A stretch of DNA of 64,000 bases from an uncultured Opitutaceae bacterium (GTDB lineage: Bacteria; Verrucomicrobiota; Verrucomicrobiia; Opitutales; Opitutaceae), in the NCBI GenBank assembly GCA_965659875.1, contig CBFHXU010000001.1, forward strand, positions 3,171 to 67,170. The letters run 5' to 3'. Below the pieces are notes generated by a model. It was not told the DNA's origin. It saw only the letters and a list, made by a program, of their open reading frames with translations, and did not search any database. Every line of letters starts with the position of its first letter. Position 1 is the first letter of the stretch. The position numbers and the translations under genes are program-made. Positions 1 through 9,500 of this stretch are shown here, piece by piece.

Positions 1-25
1 GGGCGGTCGCAAGTTGGGCGGGGTT

Positions 26-44
26 GTCGGGCGTAAAGCCCGAC
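26..44. repeat. REP-like hairpin GTCGGGC-GTAAA-GCCCGAC (intact copy)
   Basis: Perfect 7-bp stem with a 5-nt loop. The same unit recurs at 29017-29035 (inverted), and as split copies at 28647-28659/28980-28991 and 41230-41242/41279-41284. Confidence 0.8.
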
Positions 45-172
45 CCACTTTGAAGAGGGGTGGAGGGCATCCGGGATATGCGGGTCGGGCGGCGCCAGAG
101 GCGAGTGAAGTTTATGCCCGACTTTTACGGTGTCAGGCGACCATGGAACGGTGGGCGGCACGGGGCGCCGTC

Positions 173-209
173 AGAGAACGAGAAAGATAAAGAGGAAAGA
201 GAAAGATTA
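173..209. repeat. Polypurine tract (GAAAGA/TAAAGA units), solo copy abutting the aroG stop codon
   Basis: agagaacgagaaagataaagaggaaagagaaagatta. It aligns with the tracts at 5202-5236 and 51835-51857, and in inverted orientation with 4732-4770. Confidence 0.7.
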
Positions 210-1262
210 GGCGGAGGCCCGACGGGTTCGCACGGCGGTTGCGAGTTGATCGAGGACGGGCACGGTCTTTTCCCAGGCCAGACACGCGTCGGTGATACTG
301 CGGCCGTAGACGAGAGGCTCGGTGTCCAGGGATTGGTTTCCGCCGACCAGGTGGCTTTCGAGCATGGCGGCTGCGATGGCGGTTTCACCGCTGGCGATCT
401 GTTCGGCCAATGCTCCGGCCACGGCGGGTTGTTTTTCGGCGTCCTTGCCGCTGTTCGCATGGCTGCAGTCCACCATGACGAAGGGAGGAAGCGCTTGGTC
501 AGTGAGCAGCGTCTTGGCTTCGGTGATGTCTTGAGCTGAAAAATTCGGTCCGGCGGAACCGCCACGCAGCACCAGGTGAGTTTCTGGGTTGCCGGAGGTG
601 CCCATGATGGCCGGGGCGCCTTCTCGGGTGAGGGTGGGGAACCAGTGAGGGTTGTTGGCGGAGCGAATCGCGTCGACCGCCACCCTTAGGTTGCCATCGG
701 TGCGGTTTTTGAAGCCGACCGGCATGGACAGTCCGGAAGCGAGTTCGCGGTGCACCTGGCTTTCGGCGGTGCGAGCGCCGATGGCTCCCCAGCTGATGAC
801 ATCGGCGTAGAATTGCCCCAGCGTGGTATCGAGAAACTCGGTGCCGATGGGCAGGCCTTTGGCGCTGACGTCGATCAAGAGTTGGCGGCCGATGCGGAGT
901 CCTTGGTTGATCTTGTAAGATCCGTCGCGAGTCGGGTCGTTGATGAGTCCCTTCCAGCCGACCACGGTGCGGGGTTTTTCGAAATAAACCCGCATGACGA
1001 TCAGCAGGTTTTGCCGATGTCGTTCAGCGATCGGCGCCAGCAAATCAGCGTAGTCGAGTGCAGCGTCGGGGTCGTGGATCGAGCACGGCCCGGCAACCAC
1101 GAGCAAACGATCGTCTTCACCTTGCATGATGGCGGCAATTTCGCGGCGGGCTTGCGCGATTTGTTCGCGGGAAGCATCTGGCAGCGGGATCTCTTCGGCG
1201 AGCAGGCCGGGAGCGATGAGTGGTTTGGTGGCGCGGATGCGCAGGTCGGCGGTTTCAGGCAT
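207..1262 (-). CDS. aroG: 3-deoxy-7-phosphoheptulonate (DAHP) synthase, class I
   Basis: ORF 207..1301 carries the class I DAHP synthase signature FEKPRTVVGWKGLINDP. The ATG at 1262 gives about 351 aa, typical of AroF/G/H; the 1301 start is TTG. Which isozyme is not resolvable. Confidence 0.9.
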   Translation of the reverse strand: MPETADLRIRATKPLIAPGLLAEEIPLPDASREQIAQARREIAAIMQGEDDRLLVVAGPCSIHDPDAALDYADLLAPIAERHRQNLLIVMRVYFEKPRTVVGWKGLINDPTRDGSYKINQGLRIGRQLLIDVSAKGLPIGTEFLDTTLGQFYADVISWGAIGARTAESQVHRELASGLSMPVGFKNRTDGNLRVAVDAIRSANNPHWFPTLTREGAPAIMGTSGNPETHLVLRGGSAGPNFSAQDITEAKTLLTDQALPPFVMVDCSHANSGKDAEKQPAVAGALAEQIASGETAIAAAMLESHLVGGNQSLDTEPLVYGRSITDACLAWEKTVPVLDQLATAVRTRRASA

Positions 1263-1319
1263 CGGAAGCGCGAACGTGGCTCTCCGAACGGGGCTTGGCA
1301 AGGAGCAGGATTTCCGGCT

Positions 1320-1538
1320 TCAAGATTTATCCGAGTCGTCCTTTTGCCGGTGCGACTGGCGGCGGGCCTTTTTCTTTTCCTTCTCCGTGGGCCACCGCAA
1401 ATGGGGTGGATATTGCAGCCGTTTTATCCGCCATGCCATAAATGCCATTGCCGCACCAATGGCGCCGAGAATGCTCAGGACGAGAATAACGGTGTCATTC
1501 AATTTTTGGGGTGCGGAGAAGATATTTTTGCAAGTCAA
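1320..1538 (-). CDS. Small putative membrane protein (one TM helix, very basic C-terminus)
   Basis: 72-aa ORF between two same-strand genes, with hydrophobic stretch VILVLSILGAIGAAMAFMAW. No family recognised. Confidence 0.35.
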   Translation of the reverse strand: MTCKNIFSAPQKLNDTVILVLSILGAIGAAMAFMAWRIKRLQYPPHLRWPTEKEKKKARRQSHRQKDDSDKS

Positions 1539-1631
1539 TATCGACTCACGTAACCCCCTTGTAGCACAAATCTTGTGCGATGCAACCCCTGTTAATTTCT
1601 AGCCGAATTAAGTAAGTGCGGCCCTATGGCC

Positions 1632-2972
1632 CTAATTTGACAAAACAGCTCGGGCGTCGGCCACGAGATTGCTGTTGGGGTAGTCTACCTCGGGCACCTC
1701 GAGGCCAGCCCGTTGAGCGCGGTCGGCGAGCGTGAGCCGGGCCAGCGCCGCAGCATCGCTGGAATTCGGATCGATCAACGGAGAGGGAAGATTGACGATG
1801 TGTTCGGGAGGCAGCACGTTTTTGTCACCGAGGAAGGTCGTGAGCGACGCAGAGAGGGTATTGATCCAAGCCATGGCTGAATTGGGCGACTGGTAGGGGA
1901 GACCCGGTCCTTCGCGGCACTCGAAGAAGAGGCGCAGATGTTCGTGTAAATCGCCCAAAACTTTGTCGGCTGTGGCAGGAGTCCACTGAACCTGGAAGCT
2001 CTTGCGCTCCCGGAAGCCTTTGATCTCCCAAAGGCGAAGGTTCAACTCGTAGTCGCCGTCCTGCTCGCGCAAATCACCGGTCACGACGTAATCGATTTGG
2101 AAACCGGAAGTCTCGATGAGTTGGCGGATGTTGTCGGCGGTCCAACTTACGGGAAACATCATGTAGCTCTTCTGTTCCAATATTCCGACGACACCGAGTG
2201 AGTTGTATTGCGGGGAAAAATACAGGGATTCAGCCAACCACATGGGGAGTCCGCGACAGAAACGACCGAGGGCTTCTTCGGGATTCTGGGAGAGCTCGTC
2301 GGTATTGTCGTGGTCCGGTAGTGCGATCTGCGCAAACGCGACCGTTTTGGCGGCGGGGTCTTTCTCGGGTAAGAGATCGGGCAGCGATTCAAGACCGTAG
2401 GACCAGATGGGTTTACTGATGCTGACGAGCTCCACCTTGGTTTCGCCATGTTCACCGCCTCCACCGTGGCGGCCGGACTCCATGGCCTCGGCGATGGCAT
2501 TGGAAAACCCCCAGAGGCGTTCCTCAATCTCCGGATTTTTAAGGGCAAAAAGCAGGTCGAGCACGTGTTGGGCGGACTCGGGCCGGCGCAGGGCAAGGTA
2601 GGCCTGCAGCAGATTGATGCCAGTGGCGGGGCCGTGCCGATCGGCGTCGTAGCGGGGGGCGATGAGTTCGGGAATCGCGGCGATGTGGCCCGTCGAACCA
2701 AGATCGCCCGAGATGCGCACCAGCACATCGGGTCGATTGCCGGCCGGGGAATTTAACACCTCTTCGTAGATGGCGCGGGCATCGTCGAGATTGCGGATTT
2801 CCAGTAACTCGAGCGCGGCTTGCAGCCGCGGGCCCACCGGACTCGCGTCCCCTGCGGGTTGCGGGTTGTCTGCACTCGAGTCATCTGCCGCCGGTTCGGG
2901 CTGGGAGACGGGTTCGTGGTTGGCTGGGGTGGACGGCTTCGATTTGCCGATCAATCGATCAAAGAATCCCAT
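1632..2972 (-). CDS. Hypothetical protein with a low-complexity Pro/Ala-rich N-terminus
   Basis: Long ORF 1632..3236. The in-frame ATG at 2972 (MGFFDRLIGK) avoids overlap with the miaB promoter side. No family recognised. Confidence 0.6.
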   Translation of the reverse strand: MGFFDRLIGKSKPSTPANHEPVSQPEPAADDSSADNPQPAGDASPVGPRLQAALELLEIRNLDDARAIYEEVLNSPAGNRPDVLVRISGDLGSTGHIAAIPELIAPRYDADRHGPATGINLLQAYLALRRPESAQHVLDLLFALKNPEIEERLWGFSNAIAEAMESGRHGGGGEHGETKVELVSISKPIWSYGLESLPDLLPEKDPAAKTVAFAQIALPDHDNTDELSQNPEEALGRFCRGLPMWLAESLYFSPQYNSLGVVGILEQKSYMMFPVSWTADNIRQLIETSGFQIDYVVTGDLREQDGDYELNLRLWEIKGFRERKSFQVQWTPATADKVLGDLHEHLRLFFECREGPGLPYQSPNSAMAWINTLSASLTTFLGDKNVLPPEHIVNLPSPLIDPNSSDAAALARLTLADRAQRAGLEVPEVDYPNSNLVADARAVLSN

Positions 2973-3326
2973 GTTCAGTTCTAAAGCGTGGGTCGCGGCC
3001 GATGGCGAGTGGTTTATCGGCGAAGACTTATCAAGCGGCTTAAGCTGAATGGGTATCCACCCCGTGGGAGCGACGTGGTTCGTGGTCGTCACGAAACAGC
3101 TCTCGAGCGGCGATGTCTTGGGAACACACGCAGCACAAGTTCGTCCAGAAGATTTGTAGTATGCGGGCCATATCGATGTATAACTCTGCAAAATGCCTGC
3201 CAGTTTCACAAAAATGTCATTAATTTTTCGCTGCACGGTAAGAACAGAGAGGGTGGTCGGCGAAATTCACCCTGTGCTTTCCCCGTTGACCCCTCGCGCT
3301 CTCCCTCTAGGCAAACGCTTCCCCAG

Positions 3327-4694
3327 ATGAACCGCGTCTACATCAAGACTTATGGCTGCCAGATGAATGAGCGCGACAGCGAGGCTGTCGCGGCGATGTT
3401 GCGTGGGCGGGGATATCGGATTGTCGATGCCGAAAGCGACTGTGACATCATGTTGCTCAATACCTGCAGTGTGCGGGATGCCGCCGAGCAGAAGGCTCTG
3501 GGTAAGGCCGGCTATGTGAAGCGCCGGAAAAGGAAGAATCCGGACTTCGTGTTGGGTATCCTCGGATGTATGGCCCAAAATCGCGGCGCTTCGATCCTCG
3601 AGAAACTGCCCGACGTCGATTTGATCGTCGGCACCCAAAAATTCCATCAGGTCCCAGACTATTTGGACAATATCCGGGCCGCCAAGGACGCCGGAGTGCC
3701 GGTGGGCGAATCGATTGTCGATATCGGCGAAGAAGTGGATTCGCAAAATACGATTCGTGATCATCTTGAGACGGAAGAGCGCCAAGTGAGTGCGTTCGTC
3801 TCGATTCAGCAGGGCTGCAACATGTCCTGCAATTTCTGCATCGTGCCCAAAACCCGCGGTGACGAGCGTTCCCGGCCAATGGAGGACATCGTCGCGGAAT
3901 GCCGCAATCTGGCGGAACGCGGGGTCAAAGAGATCACGTTGCTCGGGCAAATTGTCACCAGCTACGGCCGGCGCGATTACCAGGGGATCAACGGCGTATC
4001 ACCCTTTGTGCAGCTGATCGAAAAGGTGCATGAAATCGATGGCATCGAGCGCATCCGTTTCACCTCGCCGCACCCGCGGGGGTTTAAGCAGGACCTCGTC
4101 GAAGCCTACGGTCGCCTGCCCAAGCTCTGTGAATACGTGCACCTGCCCATGCAGAGCGGGAGCAATACGATGTTGCGCGCCATGAACCGTCCCTACTCCC
4201 GGGAGCGTTATAAAGAGATCGTTGATTCTCTCCGCGCCGTGCGACCCGACATGTATTTTTCGACCGATGTAATCGTGGGATATCCGGGTGAAACCGAGGA
4301 AGATTTTCAGCAAACCAAAGAGCTCTTCGAGGCCTGCAATTTCGATATGGCCTACATCTTCAAGTATTCGATCCGCAGCGGCACCGTCGCGGCCGAGCTC
4401 GAAGATCAAATCACCGATGAGGTCAAAGAAGCGCGCAACCAGGCCTTGCTCGATGTTTTGCGAGTGAATTCGAAGCGTCGTAACGAGTCGCTCGTCGGCT
4501 CGGTGCACCCCGTGTTGATCGAAGGTCCGGACAAAACGGGGCAACATTTCACCGGTCGCACCCGGGGCAATCGCGTCGTTATCGTTGATGCCGATCCCCG
4601 TCTGGTGGGCGAAATTGTCGAAGTAAAAATGACCCGAGCGACCATCAGCACCCTCTACGGCGAACTCGTGCTGGAAGGGGTAGGGGTGGAGTGA
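3327..4694 (+). CDS. miaB: tRNA-2-methylthio-N6-dimethylallyladenosine synthase (radical SAM methylthiotransferase)
   Basis: N-terminal YIKTYGCQMNERDSE, radical-SAM CNMSCNFC and a C-terminal TRAM-like region. The real start is the in-frame ATG at 3327 within ORF 2988..4694. Confidence 0.9.
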   Translation: MNRVYIKTYGCQMNERDSEAVAAMLRGRGYRIVDAESDCDIMLLNTCSVRDAAEQKALGKAGYVKRRKRKNPDFVLGILGCMAQNRGASILEKLPDVDLIVGTQKFHQVPDYLDNIRAAKDAGVPVGESIVDIGEEVDSQNTIRDHLETEERQVSAFVSIQQGCNMSCNFCIVPKTRGDERSRPMEDIVAECRNLAERGVKEITLLGQIVTSYGRRDYQGINGVSPFVQLIEKVHEIDGIERIRFTSPHPRGFKQDLVEAYGRLPKLCEYVHLPMQSGSNTMLRAMNRPYSRERYKEIVDSLRAVRPDMYFSTDVIVGYPGETEEDFQQTKELFEACNFDMAYIFKYSIRSGTVAAELEDQITDEVKEARNQALLDVLRVNSKRRNESLVGSVHPVLIEGPDKTGQHFTGRTRGNRVVIVDADPRLVGEIVEVKMTRATISTLYGELVLEGVGVE

Positions 4695-4695
4695 G

Positions 4696-4731
4696 GATGG
4701 GCGTCTGCCGGAACTCCGCGACAAGCCCATC
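4696..4731 (+). terminator. Possible terminator hairpin after miaB (GATGGGC ... GCCCATC) followed by a T-rich tract
   Basis: 7-bp stem with a long 22-nt loop, 2 nt after the miaB stop, followed by atctttcgtctttattc. Confidence 0.3.
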
Positions 4732-4770
4732 ATCTTTCGTCTTTATTCTTTATCTTTATCTTTCTTCTCC
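4732..4770. repeat. Polypyrimidine tract; left inverted repeat of the four-helix-bundle cassette
   Basis: atctttcgtctttattctttatctttatctttcttctcc matches the reverse complement of 5202-5236 at about 29-30 of 33 positions with one 1-nt gap (manual alignment). Confidence 0.7.
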
Positions 4771-4808
4771 ACGCTGGCCCTCGAGATAATTCCCGTTTCC
4801 ATTTCTAA

Positions 4809-5225
4809 ATGCACCGTCGTTTCGATCACGAGAATCTAAAGGTTTACCAAATGGGTATCACTTTCTGCGGGTGGTGCCCGCCTCTCCTGGAAGGAATCGC
4901 GTCTCGAGTAGCAGCCAAAGACCAGCTGGATCGCGCATCGACCAGTATCGTGCTCAACATCGCCGAAGGAAACGGCAAGCGTTCCTATCGCGACCGGTCT
5001 CGCTTTTTTGATATTGCCCGCGGGTCAGGGGTTGAGAGTGCGGCCTGTCTTGATGTGCTGGTGGCTCGAGGGTTGGTTGAGACCGAAGTAGCTGAAAAAG
5101 GAAAAGCCCAGCTCTTCGAAACTGTTTCGATGATCGGAGGGTTGCTCGCACGATTTGCCGGGGATGGCCGTGTTGAAGAGGATCAGGCGGAATGCGGGAT
5201 CGATAAAGAGAAAGAGAAAGAATAA
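4809..5225 (+). CDS. Four-helix-bundle protein (23S rRNA intervening-sequence protein / Avd-like family)
   Basis: 138 aa with family-typical segments: ENLKVYQ near the N-terminus, QLDRASTSIVLNIAEGNGKRS, and RFFDIARGSGVESAACLDVL. The C-terminal DKEKEKE is encoded by the right repeat. Confidence 0.8.
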   Translation: MHRRFDHENLKVYQMGITFCGWCPPLLEGIASRVAAKDQLDRASTSIVLNIAEGNGKRSYRDRSRFFDIARGSGVESAACLDVLVARGLVETEVAEKGKAQLFETVSMIGGLLARFAGDGRVEEDQAECGIDKEKEKE

Positions 5226-5236
5226 AGAGAAAGATA
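5202..5236. repeat. Polypurine tract; right inverted repeat of the four-helix-bundle cassette
   Basis: gataaagagaaagagaaagaataaagagaaagata overlaps the last 7 codons and the stop of the four-helix gene. Confidence 0.7.
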
Positions 5237-5268
5237 CGTCGCGGAGACTACGACGTTGTAACCACACC

Positions 5269-5826
5269 ATGACCCTTTCACTCGCCACGCTTATTACCGG
5301 ATTGTTGCTCCTTGTTCTGGGGGTTCTTTTCATCCTGCCGTTTCCGGCGATTGTGACCTCGATCAAACGGTTTCCGCGGTCGCGCACCTTTGCTTATGTG
5401 CTGTTTGGCGCCGGGGCCGCGTGGTTTCTCTACCGCATCACGATCCTTTCGGCGGCGGACTTTGGGCAATATCGTAAACCGCTCTTCATCTTTTTTGCGC
5501 TGGTGGCGATCGGTTCATTTAAATTTGTGCCGGACTTTTTGGCCGTGCGGGGGGCCTGTATCCTCGTGCTACTCGCCGCCTCGCCGCTGCTTGATGCGGG
5601 TTATATGGTCTGGGATTACGGGGAGATCAGCGACGGGGGTCGGATCTATCTCTATAAAATCGCCATCTATATCGCGGCCGCACTCGCCATCTATTTGGGC
5701 GCTTCACCCTTCCGAATGCGCGATTTCCTGGAGTGGTTGTATCGCAAACCGGGTCGCGCTCGTCTGGTGGGTCTGGTGGTCGCATCGTATGGCGCGGTCG
5801 TTTCGGCCGTAGCATTTACCTACTGA
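5269..5826 (+). CDS. Integral membrane protein (about 5 TM segments), unknown function
   Basis: The in-frame ATG at 5269 (MTLSLATLITGLLLLVLGV) lies within ORF 5155..5826. Hydrophobic throughout. Confidence 0.6.
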   Translation: MTLSLATLITGLLLLVLGVLFILPFPAIVTSIKRFPRSRTFAYVLFGAGAAWFLYRITILSAADFGQYRKPLFIFFALVAIGSFKFVPDFLAVRGACILVLLAASPLLDAGYMVWDYGEISDGGRIYLYKIAIYIAAALAIYLGASPFRMRDFLEWLYRKPGRARLVGLVVASYGAVVSAVAFTY

Positions 5827-5833
5827 TTAAGTC

Positions 5834-6448
5834 ATGTTGGAAGACTCTGCCAGTGCCGCTCCTGTTCTTCTCGTGCTCGCCGGACCCGCCGGCTCCGGCA
5901 AAACCACGCTCTGCGAACGCATGGTGGCGGAGGTGCCGGGTTTCTCCCGAGTAGTAACCAGCACGACCCGCGAACCGCGCCCCGGTGAGGTCAACGGACG
6001 GGACTACCACTTCTTTACCGACGAGGAGTTTGACCAACGTCTCGCCGCAGACGCGTTTCTCGAATGGGCCCTAGTCCATCGTAAGCACCGCTACGGAACC
6101 TTGGCCTCTTCCGTGCTCGATCCACTCGCGGCAGGTCAGAGTCTGATCATCAATGTGGATGTGCAGGGCGTGGAAAATTTCCGCGGGGCCGCTGAAAACA
6201 ACCCACTGCTCGCCCGTCACCTGGCGACGGTTTATGTCGATGTGCCTATCGATGAACTGCGGGTGCGTCTGACCGGGCGGGGTGACTCCGAAGCCGAGAT
6301 TGAGCGACGGATGGTCACGGCGGTAAAAGAGCAGCAGGAGCGCGACAAATTTGATCACGTGATCACCAGTTCCTCGAAGGGCGCCGATTTTGAGGCGTTG
6401 GTGCAGATTTGGCGCGAAATTACTGCTCACCTGGCTGGGAGCGAATAG
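5834..6448 (+). CDS. gmk: Guanylate kinase
   Basis: P-loop GPAGSGKTTL and TTREPRPGEVNGRDYHF. Confidence 0.92.
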   Translation: MLEDSASAAPVLLVLAGPAGSGKTTLCERMVAEVPGFSRVVTSTTREPRPGEVNGRDYHFFTDEEFDQRLAADAFLEWALVHRKHRYGTLASSVLDPLAAGQSLIINVDVQGVENFRGAAENNPLLARHLATVYVDVPIDELRVRLTGRGDSEAEIERRMVTAVKEQQERDKFDHVITSSSKGADFEALVQIWREITAHLAGSE

Positions 6449-6521
6449 GGAGCAACAGTTTCTGAATCTGACTCTTGCCGCCGGGGGGTTGGCGCCGTTG
6501 CCTTAGGTGTTCTTACCCCGC

Positions 6522-9500
6522 ATGGCGTTTTTCCCCTCACGTTTCCCTTTACCCCGATTTGCGCCCGTTCTGACCGGCGGCTTGTCGTTGTTCGTATCGA
6601 CTACCGCATTCGTTTCCGCGGCGGGAATTCCGGCGAAGGTGGAATTCAACCGCGATGTGCGTCCGATACTTTCCAACACGTGCTTCAAGTGCCACGGGCC
6701 CGACGAGGAGAACAACCAATCCAAACTTCGGCTCGACCTGCGCGACTTCGCCATCGAGCCCCACGTCAACAAGGCGGGACGGACCGTCACGGGCATTGTG
6801 CCCGGCAAACCGGATGAGTCTGAAGTATGGCTGCGGCTCACCAGCACGGACCCGGTCAAGGTCATGCCTCCCCCCGATGCCCTGCACCAAGCAAGTGATC
6901 TCGACCGAGCGATCATCCGTCGTTGGATCGAACAGGGGGCCGAGTATGAACCACACTGGGCCTACATCATGCCGTCGAAAGTCGAGCCGCCGGCGGTCGC
7001 GTCGAGCAGCCTGGTGCGTAATGCGATCGATCAGTTTGTGCTACGCAAACTTGAGGACGAAAACATCGCGCCTCATCCTGCGGCTGATCGGGCGACGTTG
7101 TTGCGCCGACTTTCGCTCGACTTGGTGGGGCTTCCGCCCACGCCCGCCGAACTCGACACGTTTTTGAATGACGTGAGCCCGGGCGCTTACGAACGGGCGG
7201 TTGACCGGCTCCTGGCGTCTCCTCACTTCGGCGAACGCATGGCGGTGCCCTGGTTGGATTTGGTGCGGTTCTCCGATACGGTCGGGTTCCACGGTGATCA
7301 GCGCCAAAACATCTTCCCGTATCGCGATTATGTCATCGATGCGTTTAACCAAAACAAACCCTACGATGACTTCGTGCGGGAACAGTTGGCCGGGGACCTC
7401 TTGCCCGACCCAACGCCCGAGCAAATCGTCGCCACGGGTTTCAACCGCTTGAATCTGATGACCCGGGAGGGAGGGGCCCAGCCGCTGGAATACCTCGCCA
7501 AGTCCGCGGCCGATCGGGTGCGAGCGGTGACGACCACGTTTCTCGGATCGACTGTTGGCTGTGCCGAATGCCACGACCACAAGTATGACCCGTTCACCAC
7601 GCGCGACTTTTACAGTTTGGCCGCCTATTTCGCCGATGTGAAACAATGGGGAGTTTATTCGGACTACAAATACACGCCGAATCCCGACCTGAAGGGGTTT
7701 AACAACGATTTTCCCTTTCCGCCCGAACTGGACGTTGAGAGCGAGTATCTCAAACGGAGAGCGAGTCGCTTGAAAGCGGAATTATCCGCGCACACGGATG
7801 AGGTGGTGGCGGCAATTTTGGCGAGACCGAACGGTAGAGATGATGTCCTCGATTGGGCGCGAGAGAACGCGTCGGCGTTGCGAGCAACGGCCGGCTGGAG
7901 TGTTCCGGTTCTCCGCGAAGTGCGGGGCGATGGTGTTACGACGGCTGATGCGCTTGGTGACGGCTCCGTCCGTTTGACCACCATCCCCAAAAAAGAGCAG
8001 GAAGGTAATGATAAGTCGGGTCCGAAACTTACGATATTGCCGGGGACCGGCACGGTAGCCGCGATTCGGCTCGATGCTCTGCCGGATCAGGCGGCGGATG
8101 GTAAAGTGGCGCGCAATGAATTAGGGGCATTCACGCTCAGTCCGCAGATCGCGGTGCGACGACAGGGAGCCAGGAAAGCGCAGCAGCTTGAGTTGGCGGC
8201 TGGGTTTGTGGATCGCGATTCGTGGACCTTTACTAACGCTTACATGGTGACTTCGGTCGAAGCGCGATGGCGTTCGTCGCCCCGCTATGCGGAGGAAAAA
8301 CAAACGGTTGTTTACCAATTAGAGACTCCGGTGAGGCTCGCGGAAGGCGACGAACTGGTCGTTACCTTGAAGACGAGCGACTTGGCCCGGGCGCGAGTTT
8401 ATACTTCCCCGGTAGGGCTGCGCCTCCGGACAACATCCTTTGATGAGAGGCTACCCGGAGCGCTTGATGCGGCGCTAGGGGAGGACCAAACCACGCTGAG
8501 CCAAGCCCACTGGCGATTGCTCGCTGAAGCGTATTTCAAGGGCACGGCGGCGGATGACCACCCCGCGTATTTGGCGGCCATTGAAACTTTGCGGGAGATC
8601 GCCGCGTGTCGAGACGGTAGGGCGTTTACCATGATCACGGAGGCGGCGGAGCCGCTGGTGACACGCGTATTGCCACGAGGGAATTGGCAGGATGAATCTG
8701 GCGAGATCGTGTCGCCGGCGCCGCCAGCTTTTTTGGCAAAGGGTGCGCCGCCATCGGCGGAGCGGGCGACCCGACTTGATCTGGCGGATTGGATCGTATC
8801 GCCGGAAAATCCGCTGACCGCGCGCACTCAGGTGAATCGGCTGTGGAATCAGTTTTTTGGCACCGGTCTCTCGGCGGTGGTCGATGATCTCGGTTTACAA
8901 GGGGAGTATCCGAGTCATCCGGAATTGTTGGATTGGCTGGCGCTTGAATTCGTTGAATCAGGTTGGGACGTGAAAAACCTGGTGCGGCTCATCGTCAATT
9001 CCGCGACCTATCGGCAGCAGTCGGTCTTTCGTCCGGAGTTGCAGGAGATCGATCCCGATAATCGGTTGTTGGCAGCCCATCCGGCGCGCCGACTCGAGGC
9101 CGAATTTGTGCGCGACAACGCCCTCTTCGCGGCCGGGTTGCTGGATCCGGAAATCGGCGGTCCGAGTGCCACGCCTTATCAACCCGATGGTTACTACGTT
9201 TCACTTAATTTCCCCAAGCGCCGCTACCAAGCGGACCGCGACGAACGTCAATATCGCCGTGGCGTTTACACGCATTGGCAGCGCACCTTTGTGCATCCCA
9301 TGATGGCCAACTTCGATGCACCATCGCGGGAAGAGTGCACCGCGGATCGTACGGTTTCGAATACTCCGCAACAGGCGCTCACGTTGCTCAATGATCCGAC
9401 GTTTGTGGAAGCGGCTCGGGCGCTCGCCGAGCGAGCGATGACCGAGCCTGCTCGGACCGATTTTGAGACACGGATCGAGCATGCATTCCGGTTGGTATTG

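Noticed and set aside
60-539. 159-aa plus-strand ORF at the window start
   Set aside because: It is antisense to the well-supported aroG gene and runs through the polypurine tract. The sequence is low-complexity and Arg/Gly-rich, typical of spurious ORFs in GC-rich DNA.
1573-1631. Shared 8-9-mers (ATCTTGTG, CTATGGCCC) between this spacer and the hairpin at 17709-17735
   Set aside because: There are only two short words in a different order, which fits chance. No extended alignment was found.
2988-3326. N-terminal extensions of tool ORFs (miaB from 2988; also 24960-25157, 41704-41841, 5155-5268, 32322-32405)
   Set aside because: The extensions lack family similarity, overlap promoters or neighbouring genes, and often begin at GTG/TTG. 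Internal ATGs give canonical N-termini or signal peptides.
4809-5225. Diversity-generating retroelement, because the protein is Avd-like
   Set aside because: There is no reverse transcriptase ORF and no template/variable repeat pair anywhere in the window.
173-5236. Polypurine tracts as a CRISPR-like or tandem-repeat array
   Set aside because: The copies are single, widely separated, of variable sequence and without spacers, so this is not an array.
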